This document shows, piece by piece, positions 1-13,305 of a DNA stretch of 64,000 bases. Where the stretch lies: assembly GCF_963921235.1 (NCBI RefSeq), contig NC_086097.1, positions 56,484,001 through 56,548,000 on the forward strand. Direction: 5' to 3'. Source of the stretch: Mobula hypostoma (taxonomy: Eukaryota). The position numbers were made by a program, and so were the translations under genes. The number at the start of each line of letters is the position of its first letter. The stretch's first letter is position 1. The notes beneath the pieces were generated by a model. That model saw only the letters and a program-made list of their open reading frames with translations. It made no database searches and had not been told where the DNA came from.

Positions 1-817
1 AGTAAATGACAGCCATGTTAATTTCTCCAAAATTACTACATGAAATTAAGGGGCAAATATTGTACTATTCAACCATTATTAAAGAAAGCTCTCAAGTAAC
101 AGAAGCTTTTCTTCATTTAATAATCTTCTCTGGATTTTTACCATTAAATTACTATTCCCACTTCCCCTCATGTTTGGTGAGGCTATATGGGAGAGAATGT
201 ATCAAAAGTGGCTTGATGATCACAAGTCAAAATTTGATGCTCTGCTTTTGAAACATCAGTTTATATGCAGTCATTTTCCTGCATTTAATGCTTTACTGGA
301 ATTAGCAGCAGTCCCAAGGAAAAGGAGCATGATGCTATTTCTGCCTGCTTTTTGCATGATTTCATTCTACAGTCTGTCAAATGGCTTGCTTCCCATTGAT
401 ACAGTGAAAGCTAAAATCACATCATTAGCATGCCGGGGAAAAAAAAAGATCAAATGGATGATGGAAAGCCTTTAGCATCCTCCCAGAGAACGTTCCAGCT
501 CAACCAGTAACTGCCAGATATAGAACAGAAACTAACAAAGCATTTCTCTGTATATTAAACTATAATAGATATCAAGTTAAACAGCACAAAGTAGATGGCA
601 TTCTAAGAAATGTTAGACTATTTAATTGCTCAGATTCCTCTTTTATCTTTGTCAAACAGAAGTTTATTACCGCTGACTTCATTATAGGCAAACACTCTAT
701 AGAGTTGGAATATAACAATTCTACATGTTAGAATTTCAAAAAAAAGCTCATTAATTTTTGAGCTGTCAATTAGAAGTGCTTCTTTACTTTAATACAACAG
801 AGTTATCTACTCATTGG

Positions 818-1841
818 GCAGCACAGCTGAAGCTGACTATACCCCTTCCCCACATGAAACCACCACGGTCGGCTTCACGGCTGAACAGGTGAGAAGACAG
901 CTGAAACGTCTCAACCCAAGCAAGGCTGCAGGACCGGATGGTGTCAGTACCAGGGTGCTCAAAGCCTGCGCCCCTCAGCTATGTGGAGTACTTCGCCATG
1001 TCTTCAACCAGATCCTGAGGCTCCAGAGGGTTCCTGTGCAGTGGAAGACGTCCTGCCTCGTCCCTGTGCCGAAGACGCCGCGCCCCAGCGGCCTCAATGA
1101 CTACAGACCGGTGGCTTTGACCTCCCACATCATGAAGACCCTGGACAAACCTGTTCTGGAGCTGCTCCGGCCTATGGTCAGGCCACACTTAGATCCCCTC
1201 CAGTTCACCTACCAGCCCCGACTAGGAGTTGTGGATGCCATCGTCTACCTGCTGAACCGTGTCTACACCCACCTGGACAAGTCAGCGAGCACTGTGAGGA
1301 TCATGTTTTTTGACTTCTCCAGTGCGTTCAACACCATTTGCCCTGCTCTGCTGGGGGAGAAGCTTACAGCGATGCAGGTGGATGCTTTCCTGGTGCCATG
1401 GATTCTTGATTACCTGACTGGCAGACCACAGTACGTGTGCTTGCAACACTGTGTGTCTGACAGAGTGATCAGCAGCACTGGGGCTCCACAGGGGACTGTC
1501 TTGTCTCCCTTTCTCTTCACCATTTAAACCTCGGACTTCAACTACTGCACAGAGTCTTGTCATCTTCAGAAGTTTTCTGATGACTCTGCCATAGTTGGAT
1601 GCGTCAGCAAGGGAGATGAGGCTGAGTACAGGGCTATGGTAAGAAACTTTGTCACATGGTGTGAGCAGAATTATCTGCAGCTTAATGTGAAAAAGACTAA
1701 GGAGCTGGTGGTAGACCTGAGAAGAGCTAAGGTACCGGTGACTATTTATGGTTTTATTACTATTTATTATTTATGGTGCAACTGTACCGAAAACCAATTT
1801 CCCCCGGGATCAATAAAGTATGACTATGACTATGACTATGA
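818..1841 (+). mobile_element. Rex1/Babar-type non-LTR retrotransposon, 5'-truncated and internally deleted (RT fragment plus 3' end)
   Basis: ORF 814-1527 has RT motifs YRPVALTS, FFDFSSAFNTI and GAPQGTVLSP. After a stop the frame continues KFSDD...LQLNVKKTKELVVD. Near 1740 it jumps to a 3' UTR with AATAAA and a (TATGAC)n tail at 1819-1841. Confidence 0.9.
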
Positions 1842-3529
1842 AAACTCACATTATAATAACTGGGAGCTGCTTCTGGTACAACCTGTGGACTGGAGGCAGC
1901 TCATTCATTTCAGTCCATCCAATCGGGCTCACCAGTTTTGGCAGAGGTGGCCCTCTGTGGTGTGAGGAAGAACAACAGTTTGCAGTAATCTTCAGTATTC
2001 CACTTGGCCTTTTATGAAAACACATTTTATTTAAAACAAAACATATTGGTAGCCAATTTTCAAATAGTGACCAGGAAAGGAAAAGCTGGGTTTAGCTCTG
2101 GCCAGCCTGGTTTCAGGAAGGAATTCTAAAATAGGACATCCGACCTGAGCTTTAATGTCGTGCCCAAATGCCTGACTCAGCGAGCTGCAGAGGATGCCCG
2201 AAAGATGGCTGTAATCGGTATGGCAGTGTGCTGATTTTAATAGTTTTCCCATTTTCTATGGAATACCCCTACGGTTGATCCATTGCATTTAACTACTTTT
2301 TCTTGACTTTTGTGATTTTGGCTGTTGAATGAGATTTCTTGATGATGAAATGAGAAGGGCTATAGTTGTGAAGCTGTTACTGTTATACTGTGTTATTGTA
2401 TTCCCCTTTAAGGCCACTGTGTACAGGTCTGATCATGTCCAGGATCTTGTATGTAGCAGTAAAGAAGCATCCAGGTCAACATTGTGCCCAGCACCAAATT
2501 TGTGTAATCAGTCATAAACTTATGAACTAAAGGCATTGGAGTTTACTATATTTCTTATTTTATCATTACAAATGAACTTCTCAAAGTAAATCTAGGAAAG
2601 TTAACTTGAGAACACAACTTCACCCATGCTGTCAAGTAATAGGTTCAGTGAAAAACATGGTGTTAGAAATTCCATCCAATGATAGTTGGTTATAAAATTT
2701 ATAAAATGCTATACAAAAATTACATTGGTGTCTGATGAAGCAATTTCTCATTATCAATTTCATGATTAATTGGAATTCCTCTTTGAGAATAACATTGACA
2801 TATTATTGTTTTGATGCATTTCTATGGCATCAGCAGCTTCCAGGCGGTTGCTTTTCATAGATAATCCTGATGATCATGCTGACAGGTTAGTGTTGACGCT
2901 ATCAATCCTTTGACATCTAGCAGGAGGAAATGAATATGCAAGTCTGCAGTGCAGTTGGTATTAATTATTTCTCAGGGCATTCAGATGAACAAAGTGCCTC
3001 CCCAATGGAGATTGATTATTAAAACCAGATTTCAGATCAGACCCCAGTTTACCTCTGGAGGGTACTGTAGGAGGAGAGAAGGAGGAGGAGATAAATTGCA
3101 TTTCTGTTAAAATGCATACTCATAAAATTCAGGCTTTGGATCAATACCAGAAGAAAGCAATTAATGGCTAGCTCTTTCAAGCAGCCAGTATGGACATGAG
3201 GTCAGAATGCCAGCTGTGTGTTCTATAATTCTGTGGTTTTATATATATATTCAGGTTATGTGATTATGTCTCTATTATTGCATCCTGGAGAAGCAGTACA
3301 AAATTGTGTCAATAAATTTGATTAAAATTCATAGGGAGTTAGTATCTCAAACCTACCTCATAGTCATATAGATGGTATTTTTATAGATTTTTTAAAACTG
3401 GAAACTTGAGCATGTCTCATTATTATCTATTCAATTCCTTTCATTGTTCCTCAAGAGATGAATCATTCCATTCTGCATACATGGGCCCTGCTTTTTGCAG
3501 ATGGAACTTAGGTACTTAACAAAACAATC

Positions 3530-3830
3530 CCCCAGTCCCCCAGTCTGTATCAGGTCTCTCCAATATAGAGGAGGCTACACCGGGAGAACTGAATACAGTA
3601 GACAACCCCAACAAATTCACATGTGAACTGTTGCCTCTCCTGGAAGGACTATTCTGGGCCCTGAACAGAGATGAGAGAGGAGATAAATGGGCAAGTGTAG
3701 CACTTCTGCCACTTGCAGAGATAAGCGCCAAGAAGAAGATTAGTGGGAAGGAATGAATAGACAAGCAAATCATGGAGGAAGCGATCCCTTCAGAATGTGG
3801 AGAGTAGGGAGGAGGTAAAGACGTGTTACG
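3530..3830 (-). mobile_element. Old Penelope-like element fragment (GIY-YIG region)
   Basis: Decayed similarity to the PLE copies at 31340-31650 and 46390-46540 (GGTCTCTCCAATATAGAGGAGG..., GCGATCCCT). Confidence 0.65.
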
Positions 3831-3884
3831 TGGTCAGCCCAGTTGCTGTTTTGCCTAAACCACACACAAATCAAAAACAACAGA

Positions 3885-4130
3885 GGACTCAATGCTGATC
3901 CTTACAAAACACCAATAATCACAGACCTCCAATCAAAATAACATCCCTCCACCATGACCTTCTGTCTTCTATAGCCAAGCCAATTTTGAATCCAATCTAT
4001 TCACACTCCATGGATCCCATATGCCTTAATCATTTCTGCAAACCAAGTGGGGTATCAAAAGCTTTACTAAATTCCAAATATACAAACAGCTTCTAGTACT
4101 CTACCCTCGTCACTCAATTTCTTCAAAGTT
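3885..4130 (-). mobile_element. CR1 LINE RT fragment, decayed
   Basis: Resembles the other minus-strand CR1 RT copies in the window (AAGCCAATTTTGAATCCAA, GCTTTACTAAATTCCA). Confidence 0.55.
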
Positions 4131-7100
4131 TTTAGACTAGACTTTGCTTTACTGACCCCATATTTTGATACAACAATCAAGTCCTAGTTGTCTGTTCCAC
4201 AAAATATGTGTAGTCACATCCCAGAAATACTCAGGTCAGACGTAAAGAGAAACTGTTAATGTTTCGGGGCTGGGACCTTTAATCAGAATTGGAAAAGACA
4301 GAAAACTAGGTACTTTTCAGTAGTAGCGGAAGTAGGGATGGATGGTTTCATTTTTAAAGGCATACAGTAGAATTCCACAGGTTACTACTTGTAGTAAAAA
4401 TGATACACCCATCAAATGAATCTGTCTAGAATTTCACTACTGAAAGTTAATCAACAGAGGAAGGAGTGTATTAGCATGTTCATAGAACTAAGTTAGTATA
4501 TAAACACATAGAGGATGTTCCATGCGGACATTCACACAACACTGGGAATTTCATATAATCATTATATCCAAAATAACTAATTAAGAAATCAGCCCAATAT
4601 CTGACCACCCGCACGAGATCACAATACATTGTAGTGTCTGATAGCAACATGGAAATTGGCAAACGCAATGCCTGAATTCCTAATAGGTGTTTCTTTGGTG
4701 GGAACTCTTCACTGGGAATGCTAATCATAGAATGAAGCTGTGGCAGAAGAGGTGGGCAAGGCCATGGTGGGGATTTGGAGAAGAATTTTAGAATAAAATT
4801 CAGCAGAGCCACAACTGTCAACAATATGCCCAGTTTTCTCATGGGAACTTAGACTGGGAATATCTCTTTAAGGAGTGAGTTCCAAAGCAAGGTTACACAA
4901 AGAAGATTTCCAACGCAACCAAGATTAAAATACACATATGAGGTCCGTAGTATTAAAGCATAAAGAGCCAATGATTTAAGTACTCCATCATCTTCATTGG
5001 GTTTAAATTCAACACTCACAAAATGACTATGTGCACAAGGAAAAAGAGAAATAGGTACAGGACAATAATTTACACTGTCAAAGGAGGATCATGCCTATTT
5101 GTGGTGGATGGCAATTAAACTGACAGTCTGGCAAATGTGCCATCATTCCATCTCTTCCCCTTGTAAAACTGTTGCGATCATCTTCAGTTTATACCCCAAT
5201 ATCCTCAGGAAATGATTACTCATTTTACCAGCATTGCTAATTTTCATATGAAATTGGAAGCCATCAGGGAAGCACATGTTGACAGGATTATTAATTTGCA
5301 TCTATACGAGTGCTGGCCCTGTCATGATAAAATTTGTGGAGAGAAATCATTTAACAATGATATTTCAGAGGGCTTCTATACACAGAAACCAATTTGGCAA
5401 GTTGTTGGAGAATGACTACACCACACTGATGAGTTATGAATTATGAGTTATGATGAGAGCATTTGCCCATTCCCATGGGGGTTAAGCACTGCTTGCAATA
5501 CAGTATGCATTCCTTCTTCTGTAGGTGCAGTAGATAGTGTGAAATTTATTATTATCGCTTTGATATTTCAGGCTTTTTCCAGGAATTTCATTGGATGCTC
5601 TATTTAAATCTCAACCGAAAAGAAGTGCCTTTCAATATCCTTCAGATGAGAATTTAACATCATTCCTTTTAGAAAAGAAATCAAGCAATGTACTGTATGT
5701 AAAAGACAACTGCTTGGCTAACACCAGCTTCCCAGCTGCTAAGTTAAAAATAAAATCCCTCCATTTTTGTATTTCATGGAACTGTTGGTTAATAGTTGAG
5801 GAGGTGGAAGGGGGCAATGGAAGATGTACCAGCAACTGGAAGAGATCTCAGGAAGGAAATTAGAAAGCTGCTGGTATAACTTTGGGGGAATTGGGAACAA
5901 TAAAAGAGTCGGAGAGAGTGGCAGTAACAGAAAAATGGCTGAGCAGCAAAGGACAGGAATAATGCAGAGCAGAGTCAAGAGGATCATTAACAGATAATGT
6001 AAGAAGACAGGAGACTAAGGAGTCGATTCTTTGCCGATAGAAATACCCTCTGCCATTAACAAATAGGAGGTGCAGTTATCATCCAGCAAACTCTTCTCAA
6101 ACGTTATTTTCAGAAGCTAAAGTGGAGAACAACATGAAACTCAGAACTGAAGGGCCATTTATCCCACAAAAAATTGTCATGTTATGGACAGGAAAGAAAT
6201 CTTGTTTCTCTTGTAATAATTACATAAAGTGTTTTCCTGTTTCAGCTTGCTTCTAACTAGCAGTGGCCACAAATCCCAGTCAACACTCCAGCAGATAGAA
6301 TAACACAATAAGAATATTGTTTTACATCTAACCCAAGAAAAACAACCCGACTGTGGTATCATTAAACTATTTAGGTCATGATGGCACATGGGTGAAGTAA
6401 GAGAACACTATTATTTAATTAACCTGTCTTCAACCAAGGAAATTGGCCAGGAACAATTCTGTTTGTACCTCCTTCTGACCAAAGAGAAGCTATAATTTCC
6501 ATAGAGTTCTTTCTAAATAGACTTACATTTTGAAAGAAAAAAATCAGGTAAAACATTACAACTTAATGGGCTATAAAAACTTAGTGTTTGCAGTCAGCGT
6601 TGTGAATTGGTAACAGGACAGACTATCTGAGGAATGAATGAGGTTGATCATATTTGCAGTTACTGCTACTTTTTTGGTGTTTGTCATTCCCATTAATTCT
6701 GATGACAGATTATCTAATAAGGTCTTCTGGAAGGAAAAAAACAGTCCCCACACAATAGAACTAAATGGCTACAATGACATTTCTGCCAAGAAGCAAATGG
6801 CCAGTAGACCGTGCCTTACCACAGTGAATTTTGGACACTTCCATTATTGTTGCTGTTGTAGCTGCAACAGTTCCATTACTCAATTTTTTTTTTGTTTGTA
6901 CATTCGTAGGTCTGAGCATGGATTTCTCTTGAGAAAGCAACATCTACAAGACAAAACCTTATGCAATTCTACCGACCAGTTCATCCTTTCAGTCTCACAT
7001 TAGAATCGCATTATGCAAATTACAATCCAAATACTTCTTCATTGGCTGTACATCCTTTTTTGATGAACTGCATAAATTTCAACCAACTGGATGTTGCATT

Positions 7101-8306
7101 GTTAGTAGAACTAGACAACAGCGCACACATCAATATATTCGCATATATTCTTGGATTTTTAATTCATATCTTAAACATAAGTGTGAAAAATTAACCATAA
7201 TTTTTCCTTTCAGAAGAGATCATCCAAACTGTAAAATGCATACAGTATATCTATCAATATTTACAATGGCTGAGGCTGGATTAAAAGCCTGAAGTCATTT
7301 CTTGGAAAGATTGACAATCTCTTATTATACTATTTTACATGATTTGTTTATTTCAATAAAGAAAAATTGCTATTAATGTAGTTTTGCATTAAATCTCCAC
7401 CTGTTGCTAACCTACAGAACTTATAGGTAAAGTTATTTCAGAAGAAATATTAATGATTTAAAATGAGTCTTTATAATTGTTTAGGAAATTTCTGAGGGAG
7501 TTGTATCTGATAAAGCAGCCACATCTGCACAATTAGTTCCATTGACTGGTTTCACTGATATTGTGCAGCTATTAGCAAATATTTTAAAAGGTCATATTAA
7601 CTATCTTTATAAAGAAAAAAAATTTCCCTTAAAACTAGCACTTACTATAGAAACAAAAAGGTTTAAACAGTAATGTAGTAAACACAAAAATGATATACGA
7701 TCCTTTCCTGTTCAGGGATATGAAGCAATGAGTGTCAAGGTCCTTTATGATTTAATCTATCAACATTTGATTGTTTTACAGAAGTTTTACAACTAATAGC
7801 AGAAGAAAAGCTGCAAGCACAACAGCCTGGTCCCCCGATGAAATATAGAACACAAACCATAATAAATTTAACTTCCCCCCCCCATCCTGCAAAGAATCAA
7901 TATGCAAGCTGAATAGATCGATTCCACTGAGATCTGTTTTTTAAAGTCTAACTGTAACTTCTTAATCTGACCACTGTAAACATTAAGAACTCTATTTATT
8001 TATTTGTTGTCAGCTGACCATGTACACAACAAGTGCCAAGTCAACAGAGATCAGGAAAATGTTGAAAGCTTTACACCAGAGCAATTAACAGCAATAGGAC
8101 CTGTATACTCTATTACAATGCTTTTTCATTTCTTTGTTGTCATGTGTAATACATCACGAATTAAACATCAATACACCTTTAAATTACCAGTGGTTGGATT
8201 CATTTCCCAAAACACCGACTCAGAGCAGTTCTATATATATTAAATAACTTTGATATCAAAATAGATGTATATGCAAAAGGTGAGATCTAAAATATATTGT
8301 GGCTAC

Positions 8307-8382
8307 CTTCTATTGTTGAAGCTGTTAAAACTGAGGCACTGTAAGCAACTATTGGTGCCACTCTAGCCGAATGCTTCTTCAT
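8307..8382 (-). CDS. SLC35F3: First coding exon of the short SLC35F3-type isoform (solute carrier family 35 member F3, putative thiamine transporter); downstream exons not in window
   Basis: The minus strand reads ATG at 8382, then MKKHSARVAPIVAYSASVLTASTIE plus G, then a GT donor (AAG|GTAGCC, GT at 8306-8305). The first 10 aa, the 25-codon length and the E-G ending match the human SLC35F3 N-terminus MKKHSARVAPLSACNSPVLTLTKVEG as recalled. A at position -3. Too short for the ORF track. Confidence 0.85.
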
Positions 8383-8551
8383 CTTCTGCAGTGATTCCTG
8401 GAGTTATTTGGAGTTACAGTTCCTTATAGCTGCACACATTTCAGACACTGTGCTGGAAACCCAGTGATGAAGCCCAGTCTGCTGTTTGAATGATTGTTTG
8501 GAGGCGAAGCAGCATGCTTTGGATGCTGATGTGCTGTTTCCCTGGGAACCT

Positions 8552-8722
8552 TTTTATAACACGTGAACTGAGACGATCCCTCAAGCCCGAATCTGAACAC
8601 TTCCTGTTCTCTCGTGCTGCTGCTGTGGATGGGTTGGAATCAGAGTAGCGAGATTTGAATAGAGAGGCAGAGCTAATCTCCTCATACATGCGTCAGCCAG
8701 CGCAGTGGTTGTTTTTATAAGG
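8552..8722 (-). promoter_or_regulatory. Candidate internal promoter for the short SLC35F3 isoform
   Basis: Minus-strand TATAAAA at 8558-8552, immediately downstream of E-box CACGTG (8560-8565). Also ETS-like CAGGAAGTG (8606-8598), CRE/AP1-like TGACGCA (8695-8689) and a second TATAAAA (8719-8713). The cluster lies 170-340 nt upstream of the ATG. Motif evidence only. Confidence 0.5.
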
Positions 8723-9829
8723 AAAATAATATGGCAATTACTCTGGAGAAATTGTAATCACATGTGAAGTGGATTCATTTTTGCAAACTGTATGTAAAAA
8801 CTTTTTGTAATATTAAAACAATAGGTAATCAAGAAAGTAGGAAGTTTTCCTTTTTATTGTATTCCAGGTGATCAAGAATTGCTAGAGATTTGAAAGGATA
8901 AAATTAATTATTCTTTTGAATATTTTGAAAATATTCTTTAATTCACAAGACACCAAACACATTATTGGTATTGTTGGATCTTTCTATACAACATTTTACC
9001 TCAACACTGACCTTTAACACTAAGTTCTTTATGGGATTGGATTTGTCACTGTCATTTTTCCAAGCTCTCTTTTATTAAATAATGGCTACTATCAAGTTAA
9101 AGTATATTCCGAAGGAACTTTATATGCCCACAATAAGACACTGAATTTTATACAAATGAAAATTGTATTCCAGCTGGGGTGGGCTTGAGAAATAGGATGT
9201 GGTGGGTCAATCTAGGTGTGCAATTACTTTTCAAACTTTCACTCAACCAACATCTAATACAGTAAAATCAAACACCATTATAATAACTCAGCCGCAGATT
9301 AAGGCTGCCAGTGAGACAGTAATTTTCAACAGTGTGCTATTTTAATTAAATCAATTCATTCCTGTTGTTGATTGAGACTTTTGTATTCTTTGGATCTGGC
9401 ATTATTTCACATTAAAAGTACAAATGCCTTCAAATCCTGCAACTTTTTTTCATCAATTAATGTTGAAGTAAAGTGATTTTACTATGGTAGATTTAGCCCG
9501 GCCGTATTTTAAACTTGTGCTCTAGTTATAAATGGTTTCATTAGGTTAGGCTATTAAAAGATCAACCAAGTTCTCATTGAGTCATTTCATACATGGAGCT
9601 TCTTGGAACGCTGGGAGTATTTTAAGATTTTCTTGCTTCAGCAGAACAATATAATATGATGAGTTTAGACTTTATTAACCTGCAGCAAACTGGATTGCAG
9701 TACAACAGCAGAAAATATAAGAATAATATAGTTAATGCATATAATGACAAGATGACATAGAAAATAGCTCAGTGCTGTATGTATTTAGGAAGAAACTGAT
9801 AAAGCATTTAGAAAGGTTATCAAAAATTT

Positions 9830-10572
9830 CAGGGGGATCTCAAAAAGCTAGATAAATGATCCAAGGATTGGCAAATGACTTTCAATCTGAATGTGTGAAC
9901 TGCTACATTTTGGCAAGTCACACCGGGGTAGGACTTATACAGTGAATGGCTGGGCCCTGGGTGTGTTGTGGGTCAAAGAGACCTAGGGGTTCTAGTACAT
10001 AGTTCACTGAAAGCAGCATTGCACAATGGTGAAAAAGGCATTTGGCATGCTGGCCTCCAGCAGTCACAGCATTGAGTATAGGAGTGGGATGTTATGCTGC
10101 ATTTATACAAATCTTTGATCAGACAGGATTGAGTTTTTGTTGCCCTGTTATAGGAAATTCACCATTAAACTAGAAAGTGTGCAAGAGAGGATGTACGAGG
10201 ATGCTGCAAGACTTTACTCCTTGGAAAATAGGAGATCAAGGGGTGGCCTTGTAGAGATATATAAAACAATGAGGGGCATAGATTGGGTGAACGGATAGTA
10301 TTTTCTCAGGGAAGGTGAACTAAAATCTAGTTTAAGGTGATAGGGAAAAGATTTAAAAGTACCTGAAGGACAACTTCTTCACACACAGAGCAGTGAGTAT
10401 ATGGAATGAGCTGGCTGAAACAACTATAATAACAGCATTTGGATAAGTACATGGACTGAAGGGATATGGGTCAAACATAGGCAAACAAGACTAGGTTGGT
10501 GGGCACCTTGGTTAGTATGGACAAGTTGGGCAATGGGACCTGTTTCCATGCTGTATTCAATGACTCAGTGAC
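9830..10572 (+). mobile_element. CR1 LINE 3' portion, decayed
   Basis: ORF2 C-terminal remnants and a CR1-type 3' UTR (CTGTTTCCATGCTGTA...). Confidence 0.8.
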
Positions 10573-10834
10573 ACGGCACTAAGATTTTAATAGCTCCTGT
10601 TCAGATCAACACCTAGATCACATGTAGGTATATCTAACCAGACGGAAGGGGAATGGAGAGAGCATTCTAAAGACTAATCCAAACTGTTCAGGCTTTCCTC
10701 CTCTGGCAAGGGGAAGAATGTTACCTTAAGCCTTCTAGGGAATGTAGGTAAGCTGCATGAATGCACAAGAACATCCACTTCAGAGCATGAAACAGGAAAG
10801 GAAATTGGTGAGTTTGGGTGCTCTTGGTTGTTAC

Positions 10835-11235
10835 AAGGGATCTAGGTGTGCCTGCATGCAAGTCTTTGGAAATGGATGTAACAAATAACTAGAAAGGCAA
10901 ACGTAACATTACTCCTTATAGACCAAGCCTGTTTTCTCTTGAAGTTAGAGGAATAAGAGATAATCTCATTGAACTTACAAAATTCTTACAGAGCTTGACT
11001 AGATGCAGACTGAAGAATCTGGAATAAAGGGTTTTAGTCTCAGAGGCAGGCTGCTTCGGAAGGAGCTGAGGAGAAGCTTTTACATTCAGGAGTGGTGACC
11101 CTCTGAAACTTTCTACCCCAGAGGCCAGGGGAAGCTCAATCACTGAGTTAATTCAAAACTAACACTGAATTCTGGAATCAAAGGAATCAAGGAAAATTGG
11201 GATAATACAGTAAAGTAACGCTGAGGTAGATGCCC
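10835..11235 (+). mobile_element. Old CR1 LINE 3' fragment
   Basis: Remnants of the ORF2 C-terminus (GAGATAATCTCATTGAACTTACAAAATTC) like other CR1 3' ends in the window. Confidence 0.6.
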
Positions 11236-11418
11236 CGAAATACAGGGCAAGCTTCAGTTGCTTGATATTATCTCCTCTATTATCTCTGATGTTATTGATT
11301 ACTAAGATACTCTCAGATTCAATGCCACGTAGTATGTGCCACGGTGAAAATGTAATTGGCAATTTATAAGGAAAGTCAACACCCAAAGCCCCCAAACTTT
11401 TGCTGAAAAGCCAAATTT

Positions 11419-12645
11419 AGAGTCATAGAACAGTACAGCACAGAAACAAGCCCTTCAGCCCATCTAGTTAATGCCAAACCATTTAAACTACCTACTCCAT
11501 CGACCTGCACCGGGACCATAGCTCTCCATACCCCTACTCCCCAAACTTCTCTTGAACATTGAAATCACGTTTGCATGCTCCACTTGCGCAGACAGCTTGT
11601 TCCACACTCTCGTGACCCTCTGAGTGAAGAACTTTCCCCTCTTGTTCCCTTTGAACTTTTCACCTTTCAGCCTTAACCCATGACCTCCGGTTGTAGTCCC
11701 ATTCAACCTCAGTGAAAAAAAACCTGCCTGCATTTGCCCTATCTATACCCCTCATAAGTTTTGTGTACCTCTATCAAATCTCCCCTCAATCCTCCACATT
11801 CCAAGGAATAAAGTCCTAACCTATTCAATGTGTCCTTATAAATCAGGTCCTCCAGTCCCAAGCAACATCCTTGTAAATTTTCTGGGTACTCTTTTAACCT
11901 TATTTACATCTTTCTTTTAGGTAGGTGACCAAAACTACACACAATACTTCAAATTAGGCTTCACCCATGTCTTATACAATTTCAATATAACATCCCGTTT
12001 CCTGTACTCAGTACTTTGTTTTCTGAAGACCAATGTGCCAAAAGCTTTCTTTAGGACACTATCTACCTGTGATGCCACTTTCAATGTATTCCCAGATTTC
12101 TTTGTTCTACAGCACTCCTCAGTGTCCTACCATTCACTGTGTAAGTCCTACTCTGGTTGGTCCTGCCAAAGTGCAACACCAGACATTTGGCCGCATTAAA
12201 TTCCATTTGCCATTTTTCAGCCCATTTATTCAACTGATATAGATCCCTCTGCAAGCCACCCCCAGTCTTGGCATTGACTGCAAATTTGCTGATCCAGTTA
12301 ACCACATTATCATCCAGATCATTGATACAGATAACAAACAGCAATGGACCCAGCACTAATCCATGTGACACGTCACTAGTCACAGGCCTCCAGTCAGACA
12401 GGCAAGCATCTACTACCACTCTCTGGCTTCTCCCACAAGGCCAATGTCTAATCCAATTCACTACCTCATCTTGAATGCCGAGTGACTGAACCTTCTTGAA
12501 CAACCTCCCATGTAGGACCTCATCAAGTGCCTTACTAAAGTCCATGTACACAACATCCACTGCCTTGCCTTCATCCACATTCCTGGTAACTTCCTCAAAA
12601 AAACTCTATAAGATTTGTTAGACATAATCTACCACACATGAAGCC
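11419..12645 (-). mobile_element. CR1 LINE, 5'-truncated
   Basis: ORF 12081-12578 (VDVVYMDFSKA, LGPLLFVICINDL, KWQMEFNAAKC) and ORF 11488-11733. CR1 tail near 11419. Confidence 0.92.
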
Positions 12646-13305
12646 AAGTTTTGCTACAATTGACTTAGATCTTGGTGACATCCCATCTGCTGTTCAGTCT
12701 ACAGTTTTGCTCTCCTTATACATAGAAGGATATACTTGTGTTAAAGGGACTGCAACAAAGGTCCAGTGGATTGATCCGGAGATGAGAAGGTGCCTATACT
12801 CTCTGTATTAAAAGGAATGAGAGAGAGATTCCATGAAAAGCATGGAATTCTTAGAGACCTTGTTAGGATGGGTGACAAGTACTGTTTACAAAGATGGAAC
12901 GTTTAGAATTTGTGATCATGTTGATGGTTTTGACTTAAATGTAGGAGAATGATAAAAAGGCTTGTAGATAACACAATACTTTTTTGTGTGGTTAACAACA
13001 AAGAATAAAGCTGTGGTAAGTTTCAGGAAGTTTCTGTTGGCAGAAAAGTGGTAAATGGTATTTTGCCTTTATATATTTGGGATTTTATAATGACTTGTAG
13101 TTCAAAGGAAATGAGGAGAAATTAAATCTCCAAAGATAGCAGGGCAGGTAGATAAAATAATCAGAATGCCATACTTTCAGAGCAAAGTAAAACACTATAC
13201 TGTAACTACACAAATGCTGGGTTAACGTGTTCATTTCTGGCCACCACATTAAGCGTTTTTTTTCTCCTTTCACAACAGAATTTTTTGAATCGAGCAGCTT
13301 GCAAG

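Noticed and set aside
6638..7003. 121-aa ORF with a hydrophobic N-terminus and Cys cluster (secreted-peptide look)
   Set aside because: The Cys run comes from a low-complexity TGT/TGC tract. No family motif or splice support; consistent with a chance ORF in AT-rich DNA.
8441..8689. 82-aa minus-strand ORF next to the SLC35F3 exon as a separate gene
   Set aside because: No recognisable protein similarity, and it overlaps the predicted promoter/5' UTR. Kept only as a possible uORF.
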